64,000 nt of DNA from Cetorhinus maximus (lineage: Eukaryota): NCBI RefSeq assembly GCF_964194155.1, contig NC_135890.1:84010001-84074000 (forward strand), given 5' to 3'. Below the pieces are notes generated by a model, which was not told the DNA's origin, searched no databases, and worked only from the letters and a program-made list of their open reading frames with translations. Numbering within the stretch: position 1 is the stretch's first letter; every line of letters begins with the position of its first letter. Positions 1 through 11,819 of the stretch are shown in pieces. The position numbers and the translations under genes were made by a program.

Positions 1-606
1 TGATATGGAGGTGAAAACAGACCGTCTTAATATCGATGCAGTAGTCAAATGACACAGTTGCAGGTTCATTTTGAGGTTGAATTTTGTGCCATGGTTGCAA
101 GCAGTCTGGTTCAGCCTCAAGACAGTGCCAGGTAGAGGATGGAGTTGTTGGCTAAGGCACAGTGTTCGTGCTGGGGACCAAAGATGGTGGAAATTATTTT
201 GAAAAAAAATCTGCTCATCCATAGCTGAACTGTCGAACAAGCAGCCTGACAATTTGGAGACAGAAGGGTCAAGAGAGGTGATGGTGAGATGGAGCTTTGT
301 GTTGTCAGTGTACCAATGGAAATTGGCATGCTTTTTGGATGATATTGTTGAGGGACAGCATGTAGATAACAAGTGGAATATGTTACACTGCTAACTACCA
401 CTTCAAACAACAAACCGCACTCACTACTGGCTCCGGAACATACACAGCACTTATGCTGCCAAGTTCAGAGAGCACAAAGTGCTCATGCTACCAAGTTCAA
501 ATGGGAAAGGATAAGGCCATGGAGGGATTTCGGAATGAGGATGAGAATTTTAAAATCAAGATGTTGGTGGCTCATGAGCCAATGTAGACGAATGAGAACA
601 GGGGTG
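1..606 (-). mobile_element. Old L2-clade LINE fragments (resuming at about 4392-4450)
   Basis: 490-606 resembles the L2-like copies at 21510-21990 and 37310-38040 (gagaattttaaaat...caggggtg); highly degenerate. Confidence 0.55.
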
Positions 607-3600
607 TTTTTTGTTCATTCATGGGATGTGGGCTTTGCTGGCTGGGCCAGCATTTATTGCCCATCCCTAGTTGCCCTTGAAGGTGATGGTGAGCTACCTT
701 CTTGAACTGCTGCAGTCCATCTAGTGTAGGTATATTCACAGTGCTGTTAGGAAGGGAACTCCAGGATTTTGACCCAGTGACAGTGAAGGAACGGCGATAT
801 ATGTCCAAGTCAGGATGGTGAGTGGTTTGGAGGGGAACTTCCAGTTGGCAGTGTTCCCATCTATCTGCTGTCCTTATCCTTCGAGATGGTAGTGGTCGTG
901 GGTTTGGAAGGTACTGTCTCAGGAGCCTAGGTGAATTCCAGCAGTGCATCTTGTAGATGGGATACACACTGCTGCGACTGTGCATCGGTGGTGGAGGGAG
1001 CGAATGTTTGTGGATGTGGTGCCAATCAAGTGGGTTGCTTTGTCCTGGATGGTGTCGAGCTTCTTGAGTGTTGTGGGAGCTGCACTCATTCAGGCTGTTG
1101 GGAAGATATAATAATTCTCGTAATGTTATTGCAATTTATTGTAAAATAGAGTAATTGTGTGTGTGTGTCTTAATTGGATTAAAGGCTATGATGTAAACAT
1201 GGGGGAAGTTTAGAATATAAGGTAAAAGGACATTTGTATTTTTAAATAAACCAGATTAGATTGTTTTCAAGGGAGGGGTGAAATGTGTCACCTAACCAGG
1301 TGAAGTTTAGAAACAGTGTGTTTATTTTTCCCAAAGATTACTGGTAATATTTAGTGCAACGAGAGGCTTTTATTATCAGGAAGATAAAGCCCAAAGACAT
1401 AGTGAAACAATAGGAATTTGCATTCAAAGGGGACAATATGTATAAAGGAGCGAAGGCTGTGTGTAAGGGTAGGCATTTTGAGACCTAGCAAGTGTGAAAA
1501 GTCGTCTTCATCTATGCCTCAAGCTGCTGTCTTCATTAAGAAAACCCACTTTGAATTCTACTTGTTCAGGGTATCATGTTTCTTTGCTTAAAATCTGTGT
1601 CTTACTGTTGCCTTAATGAAAGTGTAACTGGGAGTTAGATTGATATGGGGATTTAGAAGTTATCATAATAGTAATGTGTAGATCTACGTATGTATTTAAA
1701 AATAATTTCTCAATAATAAATGTTTAATCTAGTTTTGTAAAACCTATAAGACTTTATCTTATTACTACTGAATTCAAGGCATGCATCTCGAAATTTATAC
1801 AAACTGCAAAACAAGCTGTGGCAGTTGTTTCAAGTTTCCTTTTGGGATTTGAACATTTACCATTGGCTGCGCCATAACACAGGCAAGTGGGGAGTATTCC
1901 ATCACACTCCTGACTTGCACCTTGTAGATGGTGGACAGGCTTTGGGGAGTCAGGTGGTGAGTTACTCGTCGCAGGTTTCCCAGCTTCTGACCTGCTCTTG
2001 TAGTCAGTCTTTATATGGCTAGTCCAGTTCAGTTTCTGGTCAACAATAGCCCCCCCCCCCGGATGTTGTTAGTTGGGGATTCAGTGATGGTAATGCCATT
2101 GAATGTCAAGGGGAGATGGTCTTTGCCTGGTACGATGTGGCGTGAGTGTTACTTGCCATTTGTCAGCCCAAGCCTGGATATTGTCCAGCACTTCTTGCAT
2201 TTAGACAAGAGCTGCTTCAGGATCTGAGGAGTCGCGAATAATGCTGAACATTGCAATCATCAGCGCACATCCCCACTTCCGACCGTATGATGGAAGGAAG
2301 GTCATCGATGAAGCAGCTGAGGATGGTTGGGCTGAGGACACTACATTGAAAAACTCCACTGATGCCCTGGAGCTGAGATGACTGACCTCCAACAACCACG
2401 ACCATCTTCCTTTTTGCTAGGTTTGACTCTAACCAGTCGAGAGTTTTCCCCCTGACTCCAGTTTTGCTAGGGCTCCTTTATGTTACACTTGGTCAAATGA
2501 TGCCTTGATGTCAAGGGCAGTCAATCTCACCTCACCTCTGGAGTTCAGCTCTTTTGTTCGTGCATGAACCGAGGCTGTAATAAGGTCAGGAGCTGAGTAG
2601 CCTTGGTGGAACCCAAACTGGGTGTCAGTGAGCAGGTTATTGCTAAGCAAGTGCCACTTGATAGCACTGTTGATGGCTCCTTCTGTTACTTTACTGACGA
2701 TTGAGAGTAGACTGTTGGGGCGGTAATTGGCCGTATTGGCTTTGTCCTGATTTTTGCGTACAGGACATATCTGGGCAATTTTCCACATAGCCGGGTAGAT
2801 GCCAGTGTTGTAGCTGTACTGGAACAGCTTGGCTAGGGGCATGCAAGTTCTGGAGCACAAGTCTTCAGTACTATTGCTGGAATATTGTCAGGGCCCATAG
2901 CCTTTGCATGATCCAGTGCCTTCGACCATTGCTTGATATCATGTGGAGTGAATTGAATTGGCTGAAGACTGGCATTTGTGATGCTGGGAACCTCCGGAGG
3001 AGGCCGAGATGGATCATCCACTCGGCACTTCTGGCTGAAGATTGTAGCAAATGCTTCAGCCTTATCTTTTGCACTGATGCACTGGATTCCCCCATCATTG
3101 AGGATGGGGATATTTGTGGAGCCTCCTCCACAAATTGTCCACCACCATTCATGACTGGATGCGGTAGGACTGCAGATAACTGATCCGTTATTTGTGGGAT
3201 TGCTCAGCTCTGTCTATCGCATGCTGCTTATGCTGTTTGGCATGCAAGTAGTCCTGTGTTATAGCTTCACCAGGTTGACATCACATTTTTAGGTACGCCT
3301 GGTGCTGCTCCTGGCATGCCCTCCTGCACTCTTCATCGAACCAGGGTTGATCCTTTGGCTTGATGGTAATGGTAGAGTGGGGGATATGCCAGGCTATGAT
3401 GTTACAGATTGTGTTTGAGTACAATTCTGCTGCTGCTGATGGTCCACTGCGCCTCATGGATGCCCAGTCTTGAATTGCTAGATCTGTTTGAAATCTATCT
3501 CATTTAACATGGTGGTAGCCACACAGTGGTAGTGCCACACAGCATGGAAGGTATCCTCAAGAGAAGGCAGGATTTCGTCTCCACAACGACTGTGCGGTGG

Positions 3601-4391
3601 TCACTCCTACCGATACTGTCATGGACAGATGCATCTGTGACAGGCGGGTTGGTGGAGGATGAGTATGTTTTTCCCCCTTGTTGGTTCCCTCACCACTGGC
3701 CACAGCCCCAGTCATATCCTTTGGGACTGGGCCAGGTCAGTCAGTAGTGGCACTTCTGAGCCACTTTTGGTGATCGACCTTGAAGTCCCCCACCTAGAGT
3801 ACTTTCTGTGACCTTTCCACCCTCAGTGCTTCCTCCAAGTGGTATTCAACATGGAGGAACACTGATTCATCAACTGAGGGAGGGCGGTAATTGGTAATCA
3901 GCAGGAGGTTTTCTTGCCCATGTTTGACCTGATGCCATGAGACTACTTTGGGTCCAGAGTTGATGTTGAGGACTCCTAGGGCAGCTTCCTCCTGACTGCC
4001 ACCATATGACAGGACATTGTTGTTTCTGGTGTCTCGGCCGATGCTGGTTGGTCCATCCGGTTCCATTCCTTTCTTGAAACTTTGTAGTGGTTTGATACAA
4101 CTGAGTGACCATTTCAGAGTCAACCACATTACTGTGGATCTGGAGTTGCACGTAGGCCAGACCAGGTAAGAATAGCAGATTTCCTTCCCTAAAGGTCATT
4201 TCCGAACCAGATGGGTTTTCACAACAATCGACAATGGTTTTATGGTCATCATTAGACTTTTAATTCCAGATTTTTATTGAATTCAAATCCCACCATCTGC
4301 TGTGGTGGGATTCAAGCCCTGGTCCCAAAGCATTACCCTGGATCTTTGGATTACAGGTCCAGCGACAATACCACTACACCATCACCCCCTC
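607..4391 (-). mobile_element. Near full-length HER1-type (CR1-group) LINE with tRNA-derived HE1-like head; interrupted by a solo LTR
   Basis: Minus-strand ORF remnants: endonuclease (LLITNYRPPSVDESV) and RT (AMGPDNIP, NYRPNSLLSIVSKV, QFGFHQGYSAPD, ALDIKASFDQV, MCADD). 3' tail at 607-680 matches the tail of the SINE at 43352; 4100-4391 matches its head. Confidence 0.9.
1096..1879 (+). mobile_element. Solo LTR (784 bp) with 5-bp TSD CAGGC
   Basis: Starts TGTT, ends AACA; caggc at 1091-1095 and 1880-1884; host LINE is continuous across it (compare about 61630-61670); AATAAA near 1715 suggests + orientation. Confidence 0.88.
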
Positions 4392-4479
4392 TTTGGCTGA
4401 ATGGGACATGCTGAGAGTTGGGATAAGTGCTGCAGAATTTTGGATAATATCAACTTAATTGAGGGTGGGAAATGGGACA

Positions 4480-4592
4480 CTGACAGCATCTGTGGAGAGG
4501 AAGACCGCATATGGACCTGCTGTCAGACCTGTTGAGTTTTTCCAGCAATTTTTCTTTGTTTCAGATTTCCAGCATCTGTAGTATTTTGCTTT
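4480..4592 (+). repeat. Penelope-like terminal repeat fragment
   Basis: cagacctgttgagtttttccagca...cagatttccagcatctgtagtattttgcttt is the reverse complement of the repeats at 10955 and 11820. Confidence 0.7.
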
Positions 4593-4820
4593 TATCAGCT
4601 TAGTGAATCTCTTTTGAACTGCCTCTAATGCCAGTATATCCTTTCTTAAATACGGGGACCTAAACTGCAGCCTCACCAACACCCTGTACGGTTGCAACAA
4701 GACTTCCCTATTTTTAAACTCCAACCCCCTAGCAATACAGGCCAAAATTCTATTTGCCGCCTTAATTACTTGCTGCACCTGCATGCTAACTTTTTGTGTT
4801 TTTTGTACAAGAACACCTGG
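4593..4820 (-). mobile_element. CR1 LINE fragment (RT C-terminal)
   Basis: QVQQVIKAANRILACIARGLEFKNREVLLQ...YLRKDILALEAVQKRFTKLI in ORF 4455..4916. Confidence 0.85.
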
Positions 4821-6270
4821 AACCACTTGGAGGGGAACTTCTAGCTGGTAGAGATTACAGATTTTGCAGGTGCTGTTGAAGCAGCTTTGGCAAGTTGTAG
4901 ATGATGCTGCAGCCATGGTGCATTGGTGATTGAATATTCAAGATGGTGTACCCTAGATAGTGTTGAGCTTTTTGAACATTAGTGCCACACCCATCCCAAC
5001 ATGTGGAGAATATTCCATCATATTCCTAACTTTAACTTCATAGATGGTAGAAAGATTTTGGGGGAGTCAGGAGGTGAGCCAGTCACTGCAAAATACCCGG
5101 TCTTTGATCTCTTGAAACCACAATATTTATGTGGCTGGTGTAGTTCTGGTCAATGGTGACCCTCAGGATATTGACAATGGGGAATTTGGTTATGGTAATG
5201 CTATTTAATGTCAATGAGAGTTGCTTAGACTCCCTTGTGTTGCTTGCCAGTTATGATGCATGAATGTTGATGCTATCCACTTGGGCCTGAATGTTGTCTA
5301 AGTCTTGCTGCGTGTAGACAAGGACTACTTCGTTATCTCAGGAGTTGCAAATGGAATTGAACACTCTGTAATCACCATCAAACATTCCCACTTCTGACCT
5401 TATGATGGAAGGAAGGTCATTAATGAAACAGTTGAAGTGATTGCTCCAAGGACACTACCCTAAGGAACTCATGTAATGATATCCTGGGGCTGAGTGGATT
5501 GGGCTCTAACAAGCACAGCCACCTTCCTTTGTGCTAAGTATGACTCCAGCCAAAGTTCTCAACCGTTATTCCCACTGATTTCAGTTTAATGGGCTCCCTG
5601 GAGCCATGCTTGGTCAAATGCTGCCACAATGTCAAATGCAGCTCAGCTCTGTAATTCAGTTCTTCTGTTCATGTTTGGACTAAGGCTATAATTGGTCTGG
5701 AGCCAAGCTGTCCTGGTGAATGCAAACTGAGCATCAGTGTGCATGTTATTGGTGAGTGCTATGTCGTAGAACTGATAACACCTTCTGTCACTCCGGTGAT
5801 TGAGAGTAGACTAATGAAACAGTGATTGGTGAGATTGGTTCTGGCATTTTTGTGGACAGGACAATTTTCCACTTTTGGGTAGACTTCTGTGGCTGGGCTG
5901 GACTGGCTCCCTCCACTGCGCTCATCCATTTCTTTATGGCACATGGAATAAATCATATGGACTGGCCTTTGTGATGATGTGGACCTCAGAAAGAAGCCAA
6001 AGTGGGTCATCCACTTGGCAGTACCGGCTGAAGAGAGTTGAGAATACTTGATTCATGTGGAATGGAATACTCCATTCGCGTGCTGGGATCTGCCATTGTT
6101 GAGGATGGGGATATTTGTGGAGCTGCCTCCTCCTCCTAGTTGTTTAATTGTCCACTGGCCTTCATAACTGGATGTGGCAGGTCTGCAACTCTTTAATTTG
6201 ATCCTTTGGTTGTGGAAATGCTTAGCTCTTCTATTGCATGTTGATGTTTGTTCACAAGCCACTTGGCCTG
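4821..6270 (-). mobile_element. Older, decayed HER1-type LINE copy
   Basis: Collinear similarity to 820-3250 (cccacttctgaccttatgatggaaggaaggtca; gttgaggatggggatatttgtggagc). Confidence 0.85.
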
Positions 6271-6334
6271 GATTGGATGGGTAGGTTATCAACAGAAGCT
6301 AGAATGGAAATGGCTTAAACTGTTACCACACTCT

Positions 6335-7075
6335 TTAATATTGCCGATAAAGAAAACATGCTATCTAAGCTTTTCGTCTTGCACTCGTCAGGATAGCTGA
6401 TTACCAAACTCTTAATTAGGGAACAACAGATTACAGTGCATGAGAAGAGAGTGCTGATTGGTTGGCAAGTGGACTCAGGTGGAGGCATTGCCATGGAGCA
6501 GTTAGCTACCCAGCTTTGTTCAAATTCAAAACGAGCAGGTCAGCTCTGGTCAAGGCATTGCCCTGCGGAATGAACCAGGGAATAACTGTTCCCTAAACTT
6601 TTGCTTAGACAAAAAAGCTACAAAGTGTGCACATGTTCCTCCAGTCTGCAAAGGACAGGACCCTGTGTGTGATTTCTAGCATGGGTAAGTGAACTGCACT
6701 GCGATCCTGGCTGACTATCTTAAATTGGTTTTTAGTGTAATTCTTAGCACAATCAGGATTGTTTAGCAAGTGATTTCCAATCATGGAATCACATCTAATG
6801 TTGGACACATTTGTTTTGCAAGCACACGCTGTTTGGGTGTGGTTAGAACTTTGCCTGTCGTGAGTGGTTGAAGGGACATACTGTTTGATATGATCCACAG
6901 ATCATTAGGCCTTATGGCGATTTTATACCTGGCATCACACCAACCAATCACACTTTTCTCATGCAGTATAAATTGATGTTCCCCTGTTACAGTTTGGTAA
7001 TTTCTTGCAAGCCATCCTGATGTGTTCAATATGAAAAGCTTTGATAGCACGTTTTTTTTTAGTAATACTCAAATT
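6335..7075 (-). mobile_element. Penelope-like element 3' fragment with inverted terminal repeat copy and GIY-YIG remnant
   Basis: About 140-bp inverted repeats (about 6335-6465 and 6941-7070); remnant CDSMIGNHLLNNPDCAKNYTKNQFKIVSQ...LE and WCDARY; hammerhead motif in both repeats. Confidence 0.82.
6360..6397 (-). ncRNA. Minimal type I hammerhead ribozyme motif
   Basis: Minus strand reads GCUAUC-CUGACGA-GU(GCAAG)AC-GAAA-AGCU-UA-GAUAGC: perfect 6-bp helix I, intact core, palindromic AAGCUU helix III, UUA cleavage triplet. Confidence 0.82.
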
Positions 7076-7099
7076 CTGGGCTACTAAACGACAATCTTC

Positions 7100-8945
7100 A
7101 ATCATTCTTAAATATTAGATTTGTGCCATAGGACCGGAGGATTGCAAATGCTAATTAAAAATGGGGCTAAACTTGGTAACAAACTAATCAGTCTAATGTC
7201 AGTGGTGGGGAAAAATACATTGCTGAGGACAAAATTAATTTTCGCTTGGACAAATACAAGTCAAGTACCCTTTATCCAAAACCCTGGGGGTCGACTGCGT
7301 TTCAGTTTCAGATAATTTTGGTTTTCAGATGCAGCAGTTAGGCCTAGCCTACTTGTATTGCAATGGCCGAAGCCTAGGCTAGCTACAGTCTCAAGTAAAT
7401 AAAATGGCTAGAAAAGTAAAATGTACCACTGAATGAATAATAAAGCATGCCTGTAACAAGTTCCCGCCTGTAACAAGTTCCCACCTGTGGCGCCACCTGC
7501 AAACCTTGCAGGAGAGAGTTCGTAAGGTAAACAGTGCAGACAAAAATCATGGTAAACAGTGCAGACAAACAACAAAACTTCCCACATAGAAGGTTGGGTG
7601 CGGCGAGGTTTGTGTCAGCTCGGGTTGTGTCAGCTCAGGTCACAGACTTCTGCACCAAAGACTAATGAGGTTCAAAGTGCGGTTTTTGGATGTGTTTGGT
7701 TTTTGGCTTTACGGATAAAGGATACTCGACTTGTGGAAGTAATAAGGGGCAGCCAGCATGGATTTGTACAAGGCACATTATCTTGACTGACTTCATTGAC
7801 TTACTTGAAGCAGTAGAGTGTGTTGATAAAAGTGGTATGGTAGCTACTGTTATACAATGACTTTCAAAGGACTTGATAAAACTATCTCTTTTTGAAAAAA
7901 TAGAAGCAATAAAGGGATGGTGTTAATTTGGATATGAAATTTGGCGAATGGAAGGCAGAGCATTGTGGTGAAATGTGGGCTGTGGGGTTCCCTTGGTATT
8001 GCTATTAAGAGCATTGCTTTTCTGAAATTACCTGTGTTGGTGCAGGGAATACAATTTTGTAAGTTTGCTTGCGATACAAAACTGCAAACTTAACAAATTG
8101 AGTTGGATTTCAGGAGGATATAGACTAGTGAAATGAGCAGACGCATGCCAGATATAGTTTAATGTGGATAAGTGTGCAGTGATACTGCCTCTGAATGTTG
8201 TTGTTTCTCCCAAAGAGTATAATCTAAAAATAAATGATTTGGGGGTAGGAGCAGTGTGCAGGGGGCAGTGTGGTGCAAGAGTAGAGGGATCTGGTGATGC
8301 ACATTCACAAATCTTTGAAAGTGGCATGGCAAATTAAAGCAGTTGAGAAAGTTGATGGGTTACTTGACTTCGTAAATAGGGCATTGACTACAAAAGCAAA
8401 AAGTTATGCTAAACCTTTAGTTTCTCTGGTTAGCCCTCAGTTGACGTATTTTGTCTTTCTGGACAGTTAGGAAGAATGTCAAGGCCATTAAGAGGGTATA
8501 GAGAAGCTTTGCCTGGTTGGTACAAGGGATGAGGGAATCCTGATATGTGGACTGATTAGAGAAGTTGGGGTTATTCTCCTTAGAGCAGACAGAGGTATTA
8601 AAACTAAGGGGTTTGATAAAGCAAACAGGGTGAAACTATTTTCTATGGCGAGTGGGTTGATTATTCAAAAGTCAGATATAAAACAATTCATAAATCAATT
8701 TAAGTGGAAATGAGAACTTAATGCAATGGGCTAAAATTTGGAACGCGACCTGAAAGGATGATGGCATCAGATTCTCAAAGGAACTTTCAAAAAGCAATTA
8801 GACATGTTCTTGATGAGGACTAATTTGTAGAGTTATGGAGGGAAAAATTACTACGTTGTTGGACTAAATTGGGCAGCTCTATAAAAGAACTGGTGCAGAT
8901 GTGACTAGCTGAATGGCCTCCTTCTGCACTGTAAGATTTTGTGAT
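7100..8945 (+). mobile_element. Old CR1 LINE 3' part, interrupted by a MITE
   Basis: IRGSQHGFV remnant; degenerate RT; CR1-type 3' end (gaatggcctccttctgcactgtaagattttgtgattc). Confidence 0.75.
7257..7733. mobile_element. Tigger/pogo-like MITE (Tc1/mariner superfamily)
   Basis: TIRs caagtcaagtaccctttatcc / ggataaaggatactcgacttg (19 of 21 match); TA on the left flank, TG on the right; splits a CR1 remnant. Confidence 0.78.
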
Positions 8946-8949
8946 TCAG

Positions 8950-9230
8950 TATGCATGTGTTGTAGTTTCATCAGGTTAGCACCTCATTTTCAGATACCCC
9001 TGGTACTGCTTGCTTGAAGTATCCTCTCCTGTACTCATCAAACCAAGGTTGGTTACCTGGCTTGAAGGTAATGGTGAGCCATTTGCTGGGCCTTGAAGTT
9101 GCAGAATGTGGTGTAATACAGTTATTCACTGCTGATGACCCACAACGCCTCATTGCCCAGATCTGAGCTGCATGATCTGTTCTGAATTTCTCATATAGCA
9201 TGGTGTTAGTGCCACATAACATAACAACTA
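8950..9230 (-). mobile_element. HER1-type LINE internal fragment
   Basis: ITFKPGNQPWFDE remnant; similar to 3250-3520. Confidence 0.75.
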
Positions 9231-9239
9231 GTGCAATTG

Positions 9240-9710
9240 TATAAGTCACTGATTATACTGCATAGAGTACAGCACAGCTGGAGGCCAATCAAGCCTTGTT
9301 GCAAGAGCTGTACAATTACACCTAGTCCTCTGCTCTTTACCCACTGCCCAGCAAATGTTCCCCCTTCAAGTATTTATCCAGTCCCCTTTTCAAAATTATT
9401 ATTGAATTTGTTTTTACTGTCCAGGCAATGGATTCCAGATCATTATAACTTTTATTTTCCCTCCTATGACATCTGGTCTCTTTACCAATTGCATTAAATC
9501 TTTGTCCTGTGGTTACCAACCTTTCGACCAGGAAACGGTTTCTCCTTACTCAGTCAAGACTTTGCACATCTCTATCAACTTTTCCCTTAGCCTTCTCTGT
9601 TGTAAGGAGAATAGCCCCAGTTTTTCTAGCCTCCCCATGTTAGTCACATTTTTCACACTTGGTGTCATTCTAGTAAATGTCCTCTGCACCTTTCTGAGGC
9701 CTTGATATCT
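9240..9710 (-). mobile_element. CR1 LINE 3' end
   Basis: KVQRTFTRMTP...RLEKLGLFSLQQRRLREKLIE and KRGLDKYLKG remnants. Confidence 0.85.
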
Positions 9711-10954
9711 GCCACTCCCCTGCCCCAACCCCACAGATTTTCTGACCTTCTCTAGGCTAGCAGTAAGTTGCGAAAATTACGAACAACAGGGAAGAAATCT
9801 GCCTCATGCTGCAAGCTCTATCCATCTAGCCATACATAGTTGCAATATCAGATGTACATTCCTGACTCTGGGTGGGGGGAGAGGAGTTTTTGCATGGCCC
9901 CTAGATGCTGTGCCAACTGTCACAGCATAGCTTTTCAATGCATTTTTTTTCCCGCCTCTTTTCCCCAATAGCTCAGAAGCATCAAAATATGATATAAATG
10001 GTGCAGCAAGAGAAACCAAGAACAACCTAAGTTTTGCCCCTAGTAGGTGCAGTTAGCTGTTTGTAGTGGGGCTGAGGGTCTTATTTTGCTGTTTTTGGCT
10101 TGGAGAGAAGGAAAGTTAGCTATTCTGAGTGGAAATGCTAGCTATCAGTTGATGTACAAATGATGCCAGAATTGTTTATTGTCACTGTGATCAGGTCTGC
10201 TGTCCTGTCTCTTCGAAGCTATTCAAACTTAATCATAACAATGACCATTTATGAGGAACCAAAGGCCCACTGCCATTCATAGAATAAAACCCAGGATAGG
10301 CAAAAACTGCTAACATTACTGCTCCTCAAAAGCCCACACTGTTTTCTAACTATTGTGCCATGTATAACCTCCCTTTTCTCTCTCAAGATCACTGAACATG
10401 TTCTCTCTACCCAGCTCTGTGCATATATCTCTCAATTTTCTTTCTGACTCAATTTAGTTTCTATCCTGCTTCAGTACTGAGATCAGCTTGGTGAAAGTCA
10501 CTGATTTCCTCTCAAACAATGGTTGACTGCTCCATTGCATTTGGCAAGGTTGACAATATCATTCTTTACCCTTTCTTCTCTATGGCACATCTGCAGAAAA
10601 CAGCCTTCCAATTAGTTTCACTCCAATTAGTCGTGAGCAATGATTTCTCCTGCACGGTCCCCACTTTTTTCAATTTACATGTTAACTTTCATGTGCTTTT
10701 TCTTGAGGTATCAGGGACAGTTTCCAGATGTAAACAACACTATTCTAACGCAGGTACTTTGTCAGATTCCACGACCATTTTTGTCTGATTCATTGACACC
10801 AACTGTTGGAGGATTATAAATGTTTTTCCTGTTGAATATTGTGGGGGGAAAGGCAATGCTTATTTACTGCTTCTGTTCCCTATCTCCATACCACTGAAAA
10901 TCTGAACACAGTTTCAATACCTGGACACTCAATTTCTCCAATTTTATACTAATA

Positions 10955-11100
10955 CAAAAGCGAAATACCGCAGATGATGGGATTCTGAAATAAAACCAGA
11001 AAATACTGGAAATACTCAGCAAGTCAGATAGCATCAGGGTAGCATCCGTGAAGAGAGAAACAGAGTTAATGTTTCGGGCGTGCGATCTGTCATCAGGGGT
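10955..11100 (-). repeat. Penelope-like terminal repeat with degenerate hammerhead core
   Basis: Same repeat as at 11820; minus strand CTGATGA-cagatcgcacgccc-GAAA-cattaact with broken stem II. Confidence 0.72.
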
Positions 11101-11154
11101 ACTATTTAAAAAAAAAACATTAATTGAAAGTATTTTTGTGTATCTAATCTTCAG

Positions 11155-11226
11155 GCCAGAAATGCGCGCACATCTGAGGTGGTGGCAGTCAAGAAGATGT
11201 CCTATAGTGGTAAACAAATAACAGAG
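11155..11226 (+). CDS. TAOK3: TAO kinase 3 coding exon (72 bp; ARNARTSEVVAVKKMSYSGKQITE, catalytic Lys motif)
   Basis: ttcag acceptor and gtaagg donor, phase 0/0; translation matches TAOK subdomain II (VVAxKKMSYSGKQ). Too short for the ORF track. Confidence 0.95.
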
Positions 11227-11410
11227 GTAAGGAAATTTGTTCCATTATCTTAATTATTTTAATTTAGCAATTTTTAAAAAGAACATTTGTGTTTTGTTAG
11301 AGCTTTTTGAAGGAATTAGTATGCTGCTATGTAGTAACCAGTGACAGTAAATATAATGTTTGGTGAGGTTTTTAGATCCATTTTATAATTTATCTAATAA
11401 TTATTTACAG

Positions 11411-11512
11411 AAATGGCAGGACATTATCAAAGAAGTGAAATTTCTCCGCCAGCTCAAACATCCAAATACTATAGAATACAAAGGTTGTTATCTAAAGGAA
11501 CACACTGCCTGG
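11411..11512 (+). CDS. TAOK3: TAO kinase 3 coding exon (102 bp; [34 protein letters not shown])
   Basis: tacag acceptor, gtaagt donor; [24 protein letters not shown] matches the TAOK3 sequence as I recall it; within ORF 11360..11569. Confidence 0.97.
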
Positions 11513-11819
11513 GTAAGTTTGCAGTTTTTCCAAATTTTATGTAATCGTATTGTGCAGTTAGTAACTTAAAGGGGTAAAATGGGCAAATTAAATATGAGCA
11601 GTTTTAGAATTGGAAACTGATATGCTGTAGTGACCCGTCATGTCCATTGATGCAAATCACCACAATCAGAAATGCTTTATTGCAACCAGCTGAACACTAA
11701 ATGCTACATGTAGATCTGTAACCATGCAATGGTACTATGTAAATCATCTCGAATGCAGGGCCAGCACCACATTTTGTTGGAGCAAATTATATTTTTAGGC
11801 TAAATTTTAAGTGTTCTTT

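Noticed and set aside
1-11154. First coding exon (Gly-rich loop, EIGHGSFGAVYF)
   Set aside because: Not found by eye or in the ORF track; probably upstream of the window.
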